DNA of 64,000 bases from Candidatus Latescibacterota bacterium. GTDB taxonomy: Bacteria; Latescibacterota; UBA2968; UBA8231. The position numbers and the translations under genes were made by a program. Below are positions 53,116-63,306 of this stretch, one piece after another. Each line of letters starts with the position of its first letter. Positions within the stretch are counted from its first letter, which is position 1. The DNA is taken from contig OZ242318.1 of assembly GCA_965208105.1 (NCBI GenBank), positions 3,072,001 to 3,136,000 of the forward strand, written 5' to 3'. The notes under the pieces are model-generated. The model made no database searches. It was not told where the DNA came from and saw only the letters and a program-made list of their open reading frames with translations.

Positions 53116-54516
53116 TCAATCTGTGTCCCCCTCCCTCCTCAATCTGGACCCGCGTAGCATCTCCTCAAGTAGGCCATGGTGGGCCATTGCAGTGAAGAAC
53201 CGTCGCATCGATTCATACAGCTGATCATCCGTCATTGACATCAACTGTTTGAGCTCAGCTTCCCATCTCCCCGATCTCTCTAGATTCCCTCGGTAGAAGT
53301 CTCTAGCACTTCTCTTCCTTACAATTCGCTGAACGTACTCGGCGGGGAACCAATCCTCTGAGATATCTGGAATAGGGGGCTTGGACAGGTACTTCACCTT
53401 ATATGACCGGTAGCCAAACTCACTTTCAGCAACATCGACGACCTCAGCGAGGTCACCATATGCCAGCACCAGGTCACCGATCTCGTGATCGCGAACATGG
53501 CGAGCAGTCAAGAGCTGATCAGCATCGGTAAGATCTCCACCTAGTACCTTGACAAGTGACTCAGATACGTCTGTCGGCTCCTCCCCAGTGAGCTCGTATG
53601 CTCTGACGACCAGCTGCGCCGCAATAAGGCACACATGCTCGGAGTTCCTGCGCAGGTCGCCTCGAGTTAGGTCGTACCTGACGCCGCCGACATTCGCATG
53701 AAGGGATCTACTGTTGCGTGAATATGAGCGGTCATAGCTTACCCCCAACTGAACCCGCTCGGCCTGATTGGCAAGCGGAAGAGCTTGTTTGTATCGAGGT
53801 CTGAAAGGCGCGAACACTTGGGAACTAAGCCTCAACTCGCTCTCCAGGTCGAGACGCTCATGCAGATACCACGGTCGCGTCTTTGCGGCGATCGGCCGAA
53901 GCACGTCGATGCAGAGCCCAATCGTCTTGTCGACATTGGCGCTCTTTGACGCGTGGAAGTCACGGAAGTCTTGCTGCAGCCGTAGGTAGGCGGATAGTTG
54001 AGCCGCGGCCAAGTAACCTCGGTATTGCTCCTCGTCGTTCGTTTGGGTGAAGCAGATCAGGTCCACGAGGTGCTCGGATAGCTTCCTCTGCCACAGTGCT
54101 TGCTCGTCGGCTACGCTTTCAGTAACAAGACGCTCGAGTCGGATCATCTCATCGCTATCTTCGCCTGCGATGTCTTCCGTCTCATCCTCGTCGGAAAGTA
54201 TCTCCTCCCATCGAATTGCGGCGGTAGCGGCCTTCACAACTTCGTCGAGCACACCGTACAGGTAGTAATCGCGAGGATTACCGACGCCGAATCCAGAAGT
54301 GAACCGGTAGAAAGTCTCGTCGATCGCCAGTTTGGAGCGAAGGTCAGTGGCCGCTCTCAATGGCAACCGCGAGCCGAAGACGTCTGAGTCAGCGGAAGCT
54401 TGCCGGCGGCCTAATCCTGGGGTAGGGTCCACGTCACGCAGCTGTGATTCACCGTACTTTGAACCACGTCGGCTCAGCGCAGAGACCACTTCAGAGATGA
54501 ACGTCCGTCCACTCAC
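53116..54516 (-). CDS. Hypothetical 466-aa protein with HEPN-like RNxxxxH motif and SH3/KOW-like module
   Basis: Long open ORF. GTG start overlaps the upstream TGA. Helical body, YSRNSRSLH, then EIGDLVLAYGDLAEVVDV..YKVKY..DWFPAEYVQ. Confidence 0.75.
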   Translation of the reverse strand: MSGRTFISEVVSALSRRGSKYGESQLRDVDPTPGLGRRQASADSDVFGSRLPLRAATDLRSKLAIDETFYRFTSGFGVGNPRDYYLYGVLDEVVKAATAAIRWEEILSDEDETEDIAGEDSDEMIRLERLVTESVADEQALWQRKLSEHLVDLICFTQTNDEEQYRGYLAAAQLSAYLRLQQDFRDFHASKSANVDKTIGLCIDVLRPIAAKTRPWYLHERLDLESELRLSSQVFAPFRPRYKQALPLANQAERVQLGVSYDRSYSRNSRSLHANVGGVRYDLTRGDLRRNSEHVCLIAAQLVVRAYELTGEEPTDVSESLVKVLGGDLTDADQLLTARHVRDHEIGDLVLAYGDLAEVVDVAESEFGYRSYKVKYLSKPPIPDISEDWFPAEYVQRIVRKRSARDFYRGNLERSGRWEAELKQLMSMTDDQLYESMRRFFTAMAHHGLLEEMLRGSRLRREGDTD

Positions 54517-54914
54517 CGCATTCCTCCCGATGCTTGATCGGCCTCCAAATGGAGGTGGCCGGAGAGCTTCTCGACAATCAAGGGTGCGGCAACTCCGATG
54601 GCTGCAGCACCGACAGGGCCGGCCACCTGACCAGAGGTGCCGAATGCTATTGCCAAGCCAGAACCTACCGAGAGTCTGATGAGCTCGGCCACCAGGAAGG
54701 CTAGTGCGCTGTTAATGAGTCGGCATTGAGTTTTAGACCTTGGCCAGTGATACCACGAAGAAAGAAAAATTACAAGTCTGAATACTTAACAGCGCACTAG
54801 TGTAAACTGTCGGGGCCACCTGCCAGCGTTTGCCCGGATGAGTCGCCAGATCTCGACACCATCCACCGCAAAGCCGCCAAAAAGTCCCCAGATACCATAC
54901 TCATACCATGCCAT
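54513..54914 (-). pseudogene. 101-aa membrane protein gene interrupted by a MITE
   Basis: Removing one CTAG-bounded 96-bp insert restores MAWYEYGIWGLFGGFAVDGVEIWRLIRANAGRWPRQFTL|AFLVAELIRLSVGSGLAIAFGTSGQVAGPVGAAAIGVAAPLIVEKLSGHLHLEADQASGGMR*. GGAG RBS upstream. Confidence 0.8.
54701..54800. mobile_element. IS630-derived MITE
   Basis: 15-bp perfect inverted ends CTAGTGCGCTGTTAA / TTAACAGCGCACTAG. The left part matches, in reverse, the right end of the IS630 remnant at 48021-48054. Confidence 0.9.
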
Positions 54915-55244
54915 AGGGTCTCCCTGCGAAGACTTGCAGCCGGAACCGGCTCAGTGTCATTATTTTGCTCCCAACGTGCGGGCACCCCTGCCCGATCCAT
55001 GAGGTGCATGATGTGCGTATCACGGCCGAACCCGCGGAAAGGTACATGAGAGTGATTCGATAACAAACGGCCGCGACTTCCGCGTATTCTCTTGCTTATC
55101 ATCGGCTTCTCTCGTCGTATACGCACGGATGACCAGCTCCGGAAACGCTTGATCCTATACGGCATAGTGTTGAGGCCGCAATGACCCTAATTTGCTGGCA
55201 ATAAAATTCGTCATTCACATGTCAGGTCTATGAGCGTTCCAACC

Positions 55245-56186
55245 CTACTCGGCTTTTCTGTACTCCTGCAGTTCGCGCACAATCGATGTCGCGCACTCCG
55301 CAGCAGCGCCATCAAGGGATCCTCTCTCTAGGAGTGTTTCGATGGCACCGATCACACTGTCTGTATTAGTCAGCCCTACTCCCCGGAGCGACAAAACCGC
55401 AGTTTCTGGATCGATTCCACTCGACAGATTCTGATCGAAGAGATGAAGGACCTGCTCGATGGACACGGGATCAGTATTCTCAGGCTCCGTGAGTCGGAAT
55501 GCCCGCACGCCATCTCCAAGACGCGTGAGGTCGCATCTCTTTTCTATGAACGGCAGGCTCTCCGAACTGGCCAGATCGAATACGAATTCAGTGATGACCA
55601 ACTCTGTGTCGTCAATCGAGAACTGGACGTCGCACTCAGCCTCGGAGTAACTCCCAATCTCGACGACCCCCGTGTTGGGAGATGATGCCCTAAATATCAA
55701 ACCTGCCCCGATCCAAGTGTTCTCCGAAACCCTTGTTGGCTCGTCACCCATGAGGCTCACAGCAAGTATTGCGTCTCCTGCGTACCAGCTATCGAAGCCT
55801 CTCCTCCCACTATACAGCACTGCATCGGCCTGTCCCTTCAGCTCTATTTGTCCAAGCTCCCGACTCTCTCTCATCTTCCACTCATGCAGATCCTTGATCG
55901 CTATCAGCGTTTCTACTGGGTATACGTCAGGTTGCTCGTCCACCAGCCGATGGTGGGTCGGGCACAGAAGCAGGAGGTTCGGCAGACCGTCAGTATCTCC
56001 ACCCGGCGGCTCACAGTTACCACGAGGCCCATTTGGCCGCTGGGACACAATGTGGCATTCAGTACCGATCACCACTGCCTCGCTGGTGCTTGACCCAAGG
56101 GTCAGTTGCTGGGTGCAACCGGGGAATGCACAGATGTCCCCTGAACGTGCCCACAAGAGCTTTCTGGTTTTCTGCGATATCGCCAT
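55245..56186 (-). CDS. HNH endonuclease with uncharacterised C-terminal domain
   Basis: LWARSGDICAFPGC..ECHIV..GPRG..NLLLLCPTHHRLVD..Y..ETL..IK..HE. Confidence 0.85.
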   Translation of the reverse strand: MAISQKTRKLLWARSGDICAFPGCTQQLTLGSSTSEAVVIGTECHIVSQRPNGPRGNCEPPGGDTDGLPNLLLLCPTHHRLVDEQPDVYPVETLIAIKDLHEWKMRESRELGQIELKGQADAVLYSGRRGFDSWYAGDAILAVSLMGDEPTRVSENTWIGAGLIFRASSPNTGVVEIGSYSEAECDVQFSIDDTELVITEFVFDLASSESLPFIEKRCDLTRLGDGVRAFRLTEPENTDPVSIEQVLHLFDQNLSSGIDPETAVLSLRGVGLTNTDSVIGAIETLLERGSLDGAAAECATSIVRELQEYRKAE

Positions 56187-56345
56187 GGAGCTTGCTGGTC
56201 AACCTACCTTTGATCCCGTGGCGAGCCGAGGAAAGGTTGAATGCCCATTGGGACGTATGGAGCTGCAACCTGGATTTCGAGGGACAGAAATTTTACAAAA
56301 TAAGCACATAAGGCCCTTGGATTTATGAAAGTATGTTCCACTTAA

Positions 56346-57829
56346 CCCCAATGTTGCATAAATCAGCCCAAGATGTGCTGATCAAGCGGCTTGCTTGAGC
56401 GCTTCGAGATCATGCAACAGGTTCTTTTTCACTTTTGGATTCGCACTCAGCGTCAGGGTCAGTTCTCCCTTGGGCTCGGTGAGACGACCGGCGCGTTGGA
56501 TGAAACGATGGCGTAGCGTCCCCAAGCTTTGAAAGGTCCATGCCGCCGGACGTTGGGCTCTGGAATAGCGGGTGCGCGGATGGGTGAGTATCTGCACTTG
56601 GCGTCCGAGGTTGTGGGCCATCATCGCGGCCAAGGTAACCATCAGGTTGGCGACCAGACGCCGGGTCGGGATCAGGTCCAGCCCGGCCTGCTGCTTGGCC
56701 TCGGCAAACATCCCTTCCTGAGCCCCGCGGCCGTAGTGAAAGCGGAGCACCCCGCGGGCCGAGCCCGTCTTGTTGGTGACCAACACGCGGTAGTCGTGAT
56801 CAAAACTCCGGGGTTCGAACAGATCCAGTTGCAGCGGGCTCTTGATCTGGCGTCGCACCTTGCGGCGCACGAAGAGAAAACGATAGGAGGCCGGCCAGTT
56901 GTCCGGTTTCCAGTCGCTCTCGAAATAGGAACGTTCACCGTCCAGACAACGCCAGCGTCGCCGCGCCTCGATCATGTGTTTGAGCCGCGGAAACCGTTCG
57001 AACGGAACACTGAGGGTGCACTCGACGCCATACAGGTCCATGAGGGTGAGCGTGTGGCGACTGAAGAAGGCGCTGTCCAGTCGAGACTCGAGCTGTGTGT
57101 GGGGCAAAGCCTGTCGCACGCGATCGAAGGTGTCCATCATGAAATCATGGGCGCCCTTGCTGTCATGGACGTTGCCCGGGCGGTGCAGGACATCGAGAAA
57201 CTGTCCGCTCTGAGCCACCGTGCAGAACAGGTTGTAGTAACTGCGGGCGCCCTTCTTCTTCACATTGTAGCCCACCGCGGTCCCTTCGGCATGACCGCGG
57301 GTGGAACAGACCGAGCCATCGAAGTCCAGAGTCAAACGCCTGAACCGCTCCCGCCGCAGGGCGTCGATGACCAACGTCGTGCTCACCTGCCGAACCTTCT
57401 CGATACTGGCTTGACTCATGTGGCCCACCGGGTCGTCCCGATAGTAGTCCGCCTCGCGCAAGCGCCGGAAACCCAAAAGCAAATGCACGATGAGGAGCAA
57501 CACGATGCGATGCGGACCATAGCAGGGGCCCTGGGTCAACGGGAAACACGCCTTCAGTCGGGCTTTGAGTTGCAGGCGCTGAAAGAGCGCCTGAAAAACA
57601 ATCGCTCCACCAAAGGACGTAAGCTGTTGATCTTCGAAGCGAAGGCGTGGGATCTTGTGAAAACGGGCCAAAATGGCTTGTTTGCTATATCTCACTTGCG
57701 GTGTCCTCCTGAAAAGGGCTCGATGTTGTTTTCGTCCAACATTATCGATACCCCATTTTCAGAGGCGCCGCAAGTGTGCAGCGGGTTGCCTATAGACTCA
57801 GAATAGGCAAATCTTATGCAACAATAGGG
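56346..57829 (-). mobile_element. IS1380-family element (transposase 56382-57695, probably internally deleted)
   Basis: LTSFGG, TLDFDGSV, HRPGNVHDS, RLDSAF, FHYGRGAQE..FAEAK. Inverted ends CCCCAATGTTGCATAA / CCCTATTGTTGCATAA flanked by TTAA/TCAA. The segment after YRDDP looks shortened. Confidence 0.88.
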
Positions 57830-58441
57830 TCAAGTATCGTGGTTTCGAAAGCAAGCCTGGATCGTGGTTGTCCGCTTGGCGAAGTTGTAAATAGATTTCT
57901 TCCCCGATGACACGGGGGCAACGGTTTCCACGGAGAAGGAGATCGGTCTGTATATCGAAGGGACCCGGAGTATCCAGATCCAACTGACAGAAGAGGAGTA
58001 AATTCCCATTTGAAAAGGTGGGATAATCGAGTGGGACTGCCCCGTAATCCGCAAGGCCATAGCCGAGGCCCTGAAACAGGCCGGCTATGGATCCCAGTTG
58101 CATCCTGGACCTGGCCGCGAAGCACACCCCTACCCATACAAATTACTTGCACCTCCGATCCTGGTCGCCTATATTGGGTACAAAGCAAAGCCGGGAGCGT
58201 GTTCAAGGCGCCCCCGGCTGAATACTCAACCCTTTCACAGGAGGGTTTAGTATGAATTCCTTCCAATTTACCGCAATTCGGGACAGAAGTCAAGTCCCTC
58301 CCCTCTCCTTCTTTCTTTCACAGTCTACCTATCTGACGCTCAGCGAATTGGACAAACTTCGCCGACCAGGGGGATAGTGGTCCTTGGCCGGTTCGACGTG
58401 TGGCACGGGCACCCCGAACCACAACGCAGGAGAAGTGTGCC

Positions 58442-58561
58442 ATGCAGAGTGCCAGAATGCAAAAAATAAAGAGCAATTCGACCGTAGTATGGGCTACGGT
58501 AGCGACCGTCGCCTACTATGTGGTCATTGGCTTCATGTTGATGAGTTTTGCCTTCGGCTAG
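58442..58561 (+). CDS. Candidate 39-aa single-TM small protein
   Basis: AGGAG RBS. MQSARMQKIKSNSTVVWATVATVAYYVVIGFMLMSFAFG*. Confidence 0.4.
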   Translation: MQSARMQKIKSNSTVVWATVATVAYYVVIGFMLMSFAFG

Positions 58562-58725
58562 CAGCGGCGGAGATCCCAAACCCACGGTTGTCTCGTGATC
58601 TCCATTGGGGCGCTCTGGCTCTATCCCCTTGGGCCGAGTGCCCCAAACACCTCCATTGCAAAATCACCCACTACCAGCCCTTGAATTTAGTCGGGCGGCC
58701 TGCGCTTTCCCTGGTAGCTTCTACG

Positions 58726-59602
58726 GTAGGGTCGAGAGCTGGCGCGCCAACGGTAGGGTCCGGTGGCGATTCCACCGCTTTGGCGATGGGCCTCAGTCCG
58801 GCTCCCGTGATCACGTCTCCAACTCCCGCCACGTCAAACCCGGCATGTCGTTTGCCGACACCGGGCTTTCCTGTTGATTTCTTCTCAAGGGTTATGGGAC
58901 CTATTGCGCCGGATCGACTTTCGGCACGTGGCAGGCAAATGGCCACGGCCTACTCCACCTCTTCCAGCCAAAACCCTGACCTTGCGCCCACGCATCCGTC
59001 GGCGCCTGAAAATGCCAGGCCTTGTCAGCCTTCGCCTTGAGGTATATTCTCCTCCTCAGGTCCTGCGCCGCAATGGGCGTCTTTGTCATTCCGCCCGTGC
59101 CTCCCTTTGTTGTCGGAGAACGATCAACAGCAGGGCGTCTTCGCTCCACGGGCATTACCCCGCTTCAGCGCTACTACACACCCATCCGCCACCCTCTCGC
59201 CTTCGGCCTCCTTCCCGGTGTCTCCGGTTATAAGGCCTACCCTGCTCCGGCGATTTCGCGCCGGGGCGAGGAGGGCTTCTCCAGTTGCTCGGCAGGTCCT
59301 TGTCATCGTGCCGTCGCTATCACCCCGCCGAAGTGGAACAGCCGTCTCATTCAGCCTTCGGCTGCCCATGCTGCCTTCGCCGCCGGGATGTCGGCTCGGC
59401 CTTCGGGACTCCGCACTTTCGGGGCCACCTCTGCGTTCACTTTCGTTACGGCCCGATGACTCGCAGTCTCCCCACAGAGACTCTGTCGATAGGCTTCAGG
59501 ATGTTGGTTTCCCGCTACCCTGCTATCCAAGCTACGGGGCGGCTGACTCTTACCCCGGCAGGACTGTCTCCTGCTGAACATGCCAGCCTTCGCTGGACAC
59601 AC
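58726..59602 (-). ncRNA. Group II intron (IIB-like) with internally deleted RT ORF
   Basis: 5' end GTGTGTCC at 59602. Domain V AAGCCCGGTGTCGGCAAACGACATGCCGGGTTT (58835-58870). 3' end CTCGACCCTAC at 58726. ORF remnant MTKTPIAAQDLRRRIYLKAKA is fused directly to GFGWKRWS. Confidence 0.88.
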
Positions 59603-59619
59603 AGCCGGAGTTTGCAAAA

Positions 59620-60105
59620 GTTCAGTATTGAACACAACGCAGCTGAAGAAACCATAGACGGCGCCCTACCGAAAATGGCGGCCGTCAAACAGCACTTCCG
59701 GGCGCTACCCTACCGGGAAGTCGCATGAAGACCGGGATCGAGCACTGCGTGCCCTTGAGTGATGCTGCGATGACCCTGCTCGAACGGGCCCAGCTTCTTG
59801 AAGACGGCAGCGGGCTGATCTTTCCTTCCCCATCAAGGCGAGGCAAGGAGTTGAGCGATATGGCACTGACCAAGGTTCTGAAGGACAATGGTCTCGCCGA
59901 GAGGACCACGGTCCACGGTCTCCGGAGCACGTTCAGAGTTTGGGCGAGCGAGCAGACGGACGCTGACCACGCTGTCATGGAATTATCCCTCGCGCACCCG
60001 GTCGGCTCTGCCGTCGAGAAAGCCTATGCGAGGTCAGACCTGCTCGCTAAGCGACGCCACCTAATGGCAAAATGGGGCACCTACCTGACTGCCTCCTCAA
60101 ATTGA
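59620..60105 (+). pseudogene. Tyrosine integrase (P4-like) C-terminal remnant
   Basis: IDGALPK..KQHFRALPY, then after a gap MK..EHCVPLS, LIFPS, VHGLRSTFR.WA, LSLAH, AYARSDLL.KRR.LM..W. The N-terminus and the first catalytic Arg region are missing. Confidence 0.85.
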
Positions 60106-60397
60106 TACCTTCAAAAGCGTGCGGCGTTGGAAAATGAGAGCAAAAAGCGCTTACGTCACCTCCTCCACTGACCTTGCCACCATATTCGAGTCAAGGTAGT
60201 GTGTTGGTGTAGGAGGTGTCCAGAATCTGGGGGTCAGTACACTCCTCTGAGGACAGCCAGATGTAGGTGATGATGTCGTCTCCCCAAATCTGATGGGGTG
60301 GTTGGGGGTGAGCCATTTGGAAGGTTGGGATAGGGTGCTAGGCCCCAGGCTGAAGAGGTTGTACCAATATATCGTTTGACCTGGATCTGGGGATTTA

Positions 60398-60520
60398 CTA
60401 CTGCACGATGCATTGGATGCCCTTCGGGTTGACGGCCACACCCCTACAGCCCAATTCCAGGGTCATGCCACGGTAGCCACAGGTGGGACAATCCAGGGCG
60501 ATGTGCTCGACGAGGCGACG
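60398..60520 (-). pseudogene. Degraded IS3 OrfB (HTH) remnant
   Basis: Minus strand RRLVEHIALDCPTCGYRGMTLELGCRGVAVNPKGIQCIVQ resembles the YGYRR..L...G..VN.KRV motif. Confidence 0.5.
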
Positions 60521-61385
60521 CCTTGGACCCATTTTTCGAGGCCAAAGAGACACGACCCAGCCGCTGGGATGATGGGTCCGAGGAATTGCCAGCTCGGTTG
60601 CCCCTTCTTATTGAGCGAACTGTCTTTGAATAGGGGATTGTAGGATGAGCGGCTATGGCTGATGTGGTGACCTCCTTCCGGATGGACTTCCATAAATCGA
60701 ACCTCAGGAAGGAAGAAGTCCATGAATGGGGCCCACCTCTCACAGATGCCTTCGAAAACTTCAAAAACCAGGATAAAATTCAAAAGAAAATCAGAAATTT
60801 TCCAAACTAAAACCGAATCGAATCCGGGGGTAAAATGGCTTGAAATTTAGGATAAGTGGCACGAAAAACTCCACAAATTCGATCTGGGAAACAGGGACAT
60901 ACTCCGGAAGTTTCCCTGGATAATTTAAATGATCTGATCCACCCTGTTCCCCCCTTCATCCATCCCCCGGAATCTACCACCTCCCCTGATTACCCAGATT
61001 GAGAACAATACAAACAGCCCGTTGCCGAGACGCCCGGACCCTTGACTGCCCGAGTGGGTCGCTTGAGCATCAGAACAACCTTGAATTTATTACTCATGAG
61101 GGGATGCCCCAGAATGATCTATAGTTGGTAATCAAAAAAAATTTAATCTGCCTCTATCCTCCGGCTACCCGACTGCTGGCCTGGGTCATTTATCGCCCGC
61201 CGAATCCCTATTCCCGACCCTTTTAAGGTGCAGTCCTCATAAATGGGAACCCCCATGGGGCTGCTTGAAAACCTCCCCTTTGAAGTGCTCCATGGCAGAT
61301 GAAAGGGGAACCCTTTCCCGCAATCTCCAACCAGTGATGTACCTCCCCCTCGATTAAATCCACCCCAGGATACAAGGAGATTGCC

Positions 61386-61595
61386 ATGTCCGAAGCAGTA
61401 GAACTGCCCCGCTGGGTCATCCGTCGATATGCCGTAGTCAAGGACCACAAGGTTGACAAGTTTGAAACACTGCCGGGAGCCACCGCCCACCGCCAGAAGC
61501 ATGGAGGAGAAGTGCGAGAACTCGTGTTCCGTCTCTCGGAGGTAACCCCCGTCCCACCCGGGGTTGAAGGATGGGTGCGGGCAGACGGGGAATAG
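61386..61595 (+). CDS. Small hypothetical protein
   Basis: AAGGAG RBS, 69-aa ORF with protein-like composition. Confidence 0.55.
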   Translation: MSEAVELPRWVIRRYAVVKDHKVDKFETLPGATAHRQKHGGEVRELVFRLSEVTPVPPGVEGWVRADGE

Positions 61596-62013
61596 GCCGA
61601 TCATTGCGCTTTCGTACTCACCTCGTATAGGCCTGGAGTCCTCGGAAACGTTTCCAAGGACCCTTTATCCCCTCCAGTTGGAACGCACCCCTTGAATTCG
61701 GATGGCGAGGCTGACCTCGTTGCCGGGATTTTTTGGGTCAGCGCCTCGGCGAATCATTCCGGAGAGCATCCCGGGGTTAAGAAATATCCCACCCGAGCTT
61801 GTTCCTCGAACCAACCCCCTCCATAGTTCCTGTTCTGTTACTGATTTTCCTTCAGAGCAAAAGACCAGGCGATCATTAAACCGGCGGGCCACCTCCAACC
61901 GGGTCGCCTGATCCTTCGCTCTTCTTCGTTCCCTTCGAACTCATTGGCATGATGCTGCACGTCCCATCGGGAAAAGATGTTGGGTGGGGTTAGAGAAAAA
62001 TGCGGTCACGCCA

Positions 62014-62496
62014 ATGAACCGGAAACTCAAACCATTTCTTCATCAGAAAGGATTCTTCATTAAAATCGAAGTGGTCGAGCGCAAGGTCAAACAGGTATGG
62101 AAGAACGTTGTGTCCGAACCGGTTGAGAATCCCCGCGACGTCAGCGCCTATCTCGATACCCTGGATATCAGAATGGCCGACCGGGAGATGTTCGTCGTCC
62201 TCCACCTGGATGTCCGCAACCGGGTCGTCGCCCACGAAATCACCTCCATAGGCAGCCAGACCGCCTCGCTGGTGCATCCCCGGGAAGTGTTCAAGTCCGC
62301 CATCCTCAAAGGCGCCTGTTCGCTCATACTGTCCCACAATCACCCCAGTGGAGACCCCTCGCCCTCCAAAGACGATATCGATCTCACCAATCGACTTGTG
62401 GAAGCAGGCCGGCTCATGGGCATTGACGTGCTTGATCATATCATCGTCGCCCCTCCCGACCGAAACCTGTCCATGAAGGAAACGGGAATGATCTAG
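62014..62496 (+). CDS. radC: RadC-like JAB/MPN domain protein
   Basis: DREMFVVLHLD.RN, SLVHPREVFK.AI, HNHPSGDPSPS..D, VLDHIIV. Short, mobile-element form. Confidence 0.9.
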   Translation: MNRKLKPFLHQKGFFIKIEVVERKVKQVWKNVVSEPVENPRDVSAYLDTLDIRMADREMFVVLHLDVRNRVVAHEITSIGSQTASLVHPREVFKSAILKGACSLILSHNHPSGDPSPSKDDIDLTNRLVEAGRLMGIDVLDHIIVAPPDRNLSMKETGMI

Positions 62497-63222
62497 GGGG
62501 AAGGGAGACCCCCGCTACAGCCGTGGTCCACCCGCCACGGCATGGAAGGGCCGGAATGGAAGGACACGATGCCCGGTCCTGACAGGATCCAAGCCGTTGA
62601 TCTGCTTCGCGCGATGGCTGCGGGAAAGTGCAGGGTTCTGCGGGAGACCCGTCTCATGCACCCCCGCAGGGTTGCGTAGTGGCGCTCTGCAGTGCCGGTG
62701 GAGAGACCTTCTCCGGATCGAATGGGCTCATGATCCGGACAGGCTCCGTAGACCGGCACCGCAGGGCCCACGTCTCGATCCAAAGAGGTGTCCCCCCAGG
62801 GGGGGCGTACCCGGGGTGGAGGCCCAAAGTTCACCGGAGGCGATCACTGTCGGCCTCAAGTTCCAAGGGGTATGCCCGGGCGAGGATCGGCGCTGAGGTC
62901 TACCCCTTCCAGGACGCACCCAGATCCCGGCTCGAGGTCTATCGCTCCCAGGTTGGGAGATCCCTGGCGGTCCTTTGCGCCGGGGCTTGTGCCCATTCTT
63001 CACCTTTAGCCTGATGCGCTCATCGTCCAGGGCACCAAGGGGGCTCCTTTGGTACCGGTCCCAGACAGATCCTTGCTTGCCGGGGAGTTTCAGACCTGAA
63101 TTTCAGGACCTCTCGCACAGGCTGGCCGTGGTCCGGTTGGAAAGGCCCACACCCAGGCAATGGAGTATCAGATGGAGGACAGACCGAAGGTTCATCCAGA
63201 AACAGGGAGGGGGTGATACCTG

Positions 63223-63306
63223 ATGATGCCACGAGGGTTGGCCGCACTGCTGGAGATCGCGCTGGAAGGGATTCGGATCATTCTGAATCGCTGGAAGTCG
63301 AAGTGA
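63223..63306 (+). CDS. Candidate 27-aa amphipathic peptide
   Basis: GGAGGGGGTGAT RBS. MMPRGLAALLEIALEGIRIILNRWKSK*. Hairpin TTCCGG-N12-CCGGAA directly after the stop. Confidence 0.45.
   Translation: MMPRGLAALLEIALEGIRIILNRWKSK

Noticed and set aside
54797-55165. 122-aa minus-strand ORF from the track
   Set aside because: No protein-like features; a different frame gives the RBS-led membrane gene that continues across the MITE.
46773-56186. Functional Dnd/Ssp phosphorothioation or CBASS system
   Set aside because: The desulfurase lacks its catalytic Cys. I saw no PAPS-reductase-like, DndD/E, nucleotide cyclase or SAVED gene.
56529-57806. 425-aa plus-strand ORF
   Set aside because: Antisense of the IS1380 transposase.
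58384-59728. Several overlapping ORFs of 80-220 aa, and a possible retron or DGR
   Set aside because: They lie over group II intron RNA. No RT catalytic motif, and no template/variable repeat pair was seen.
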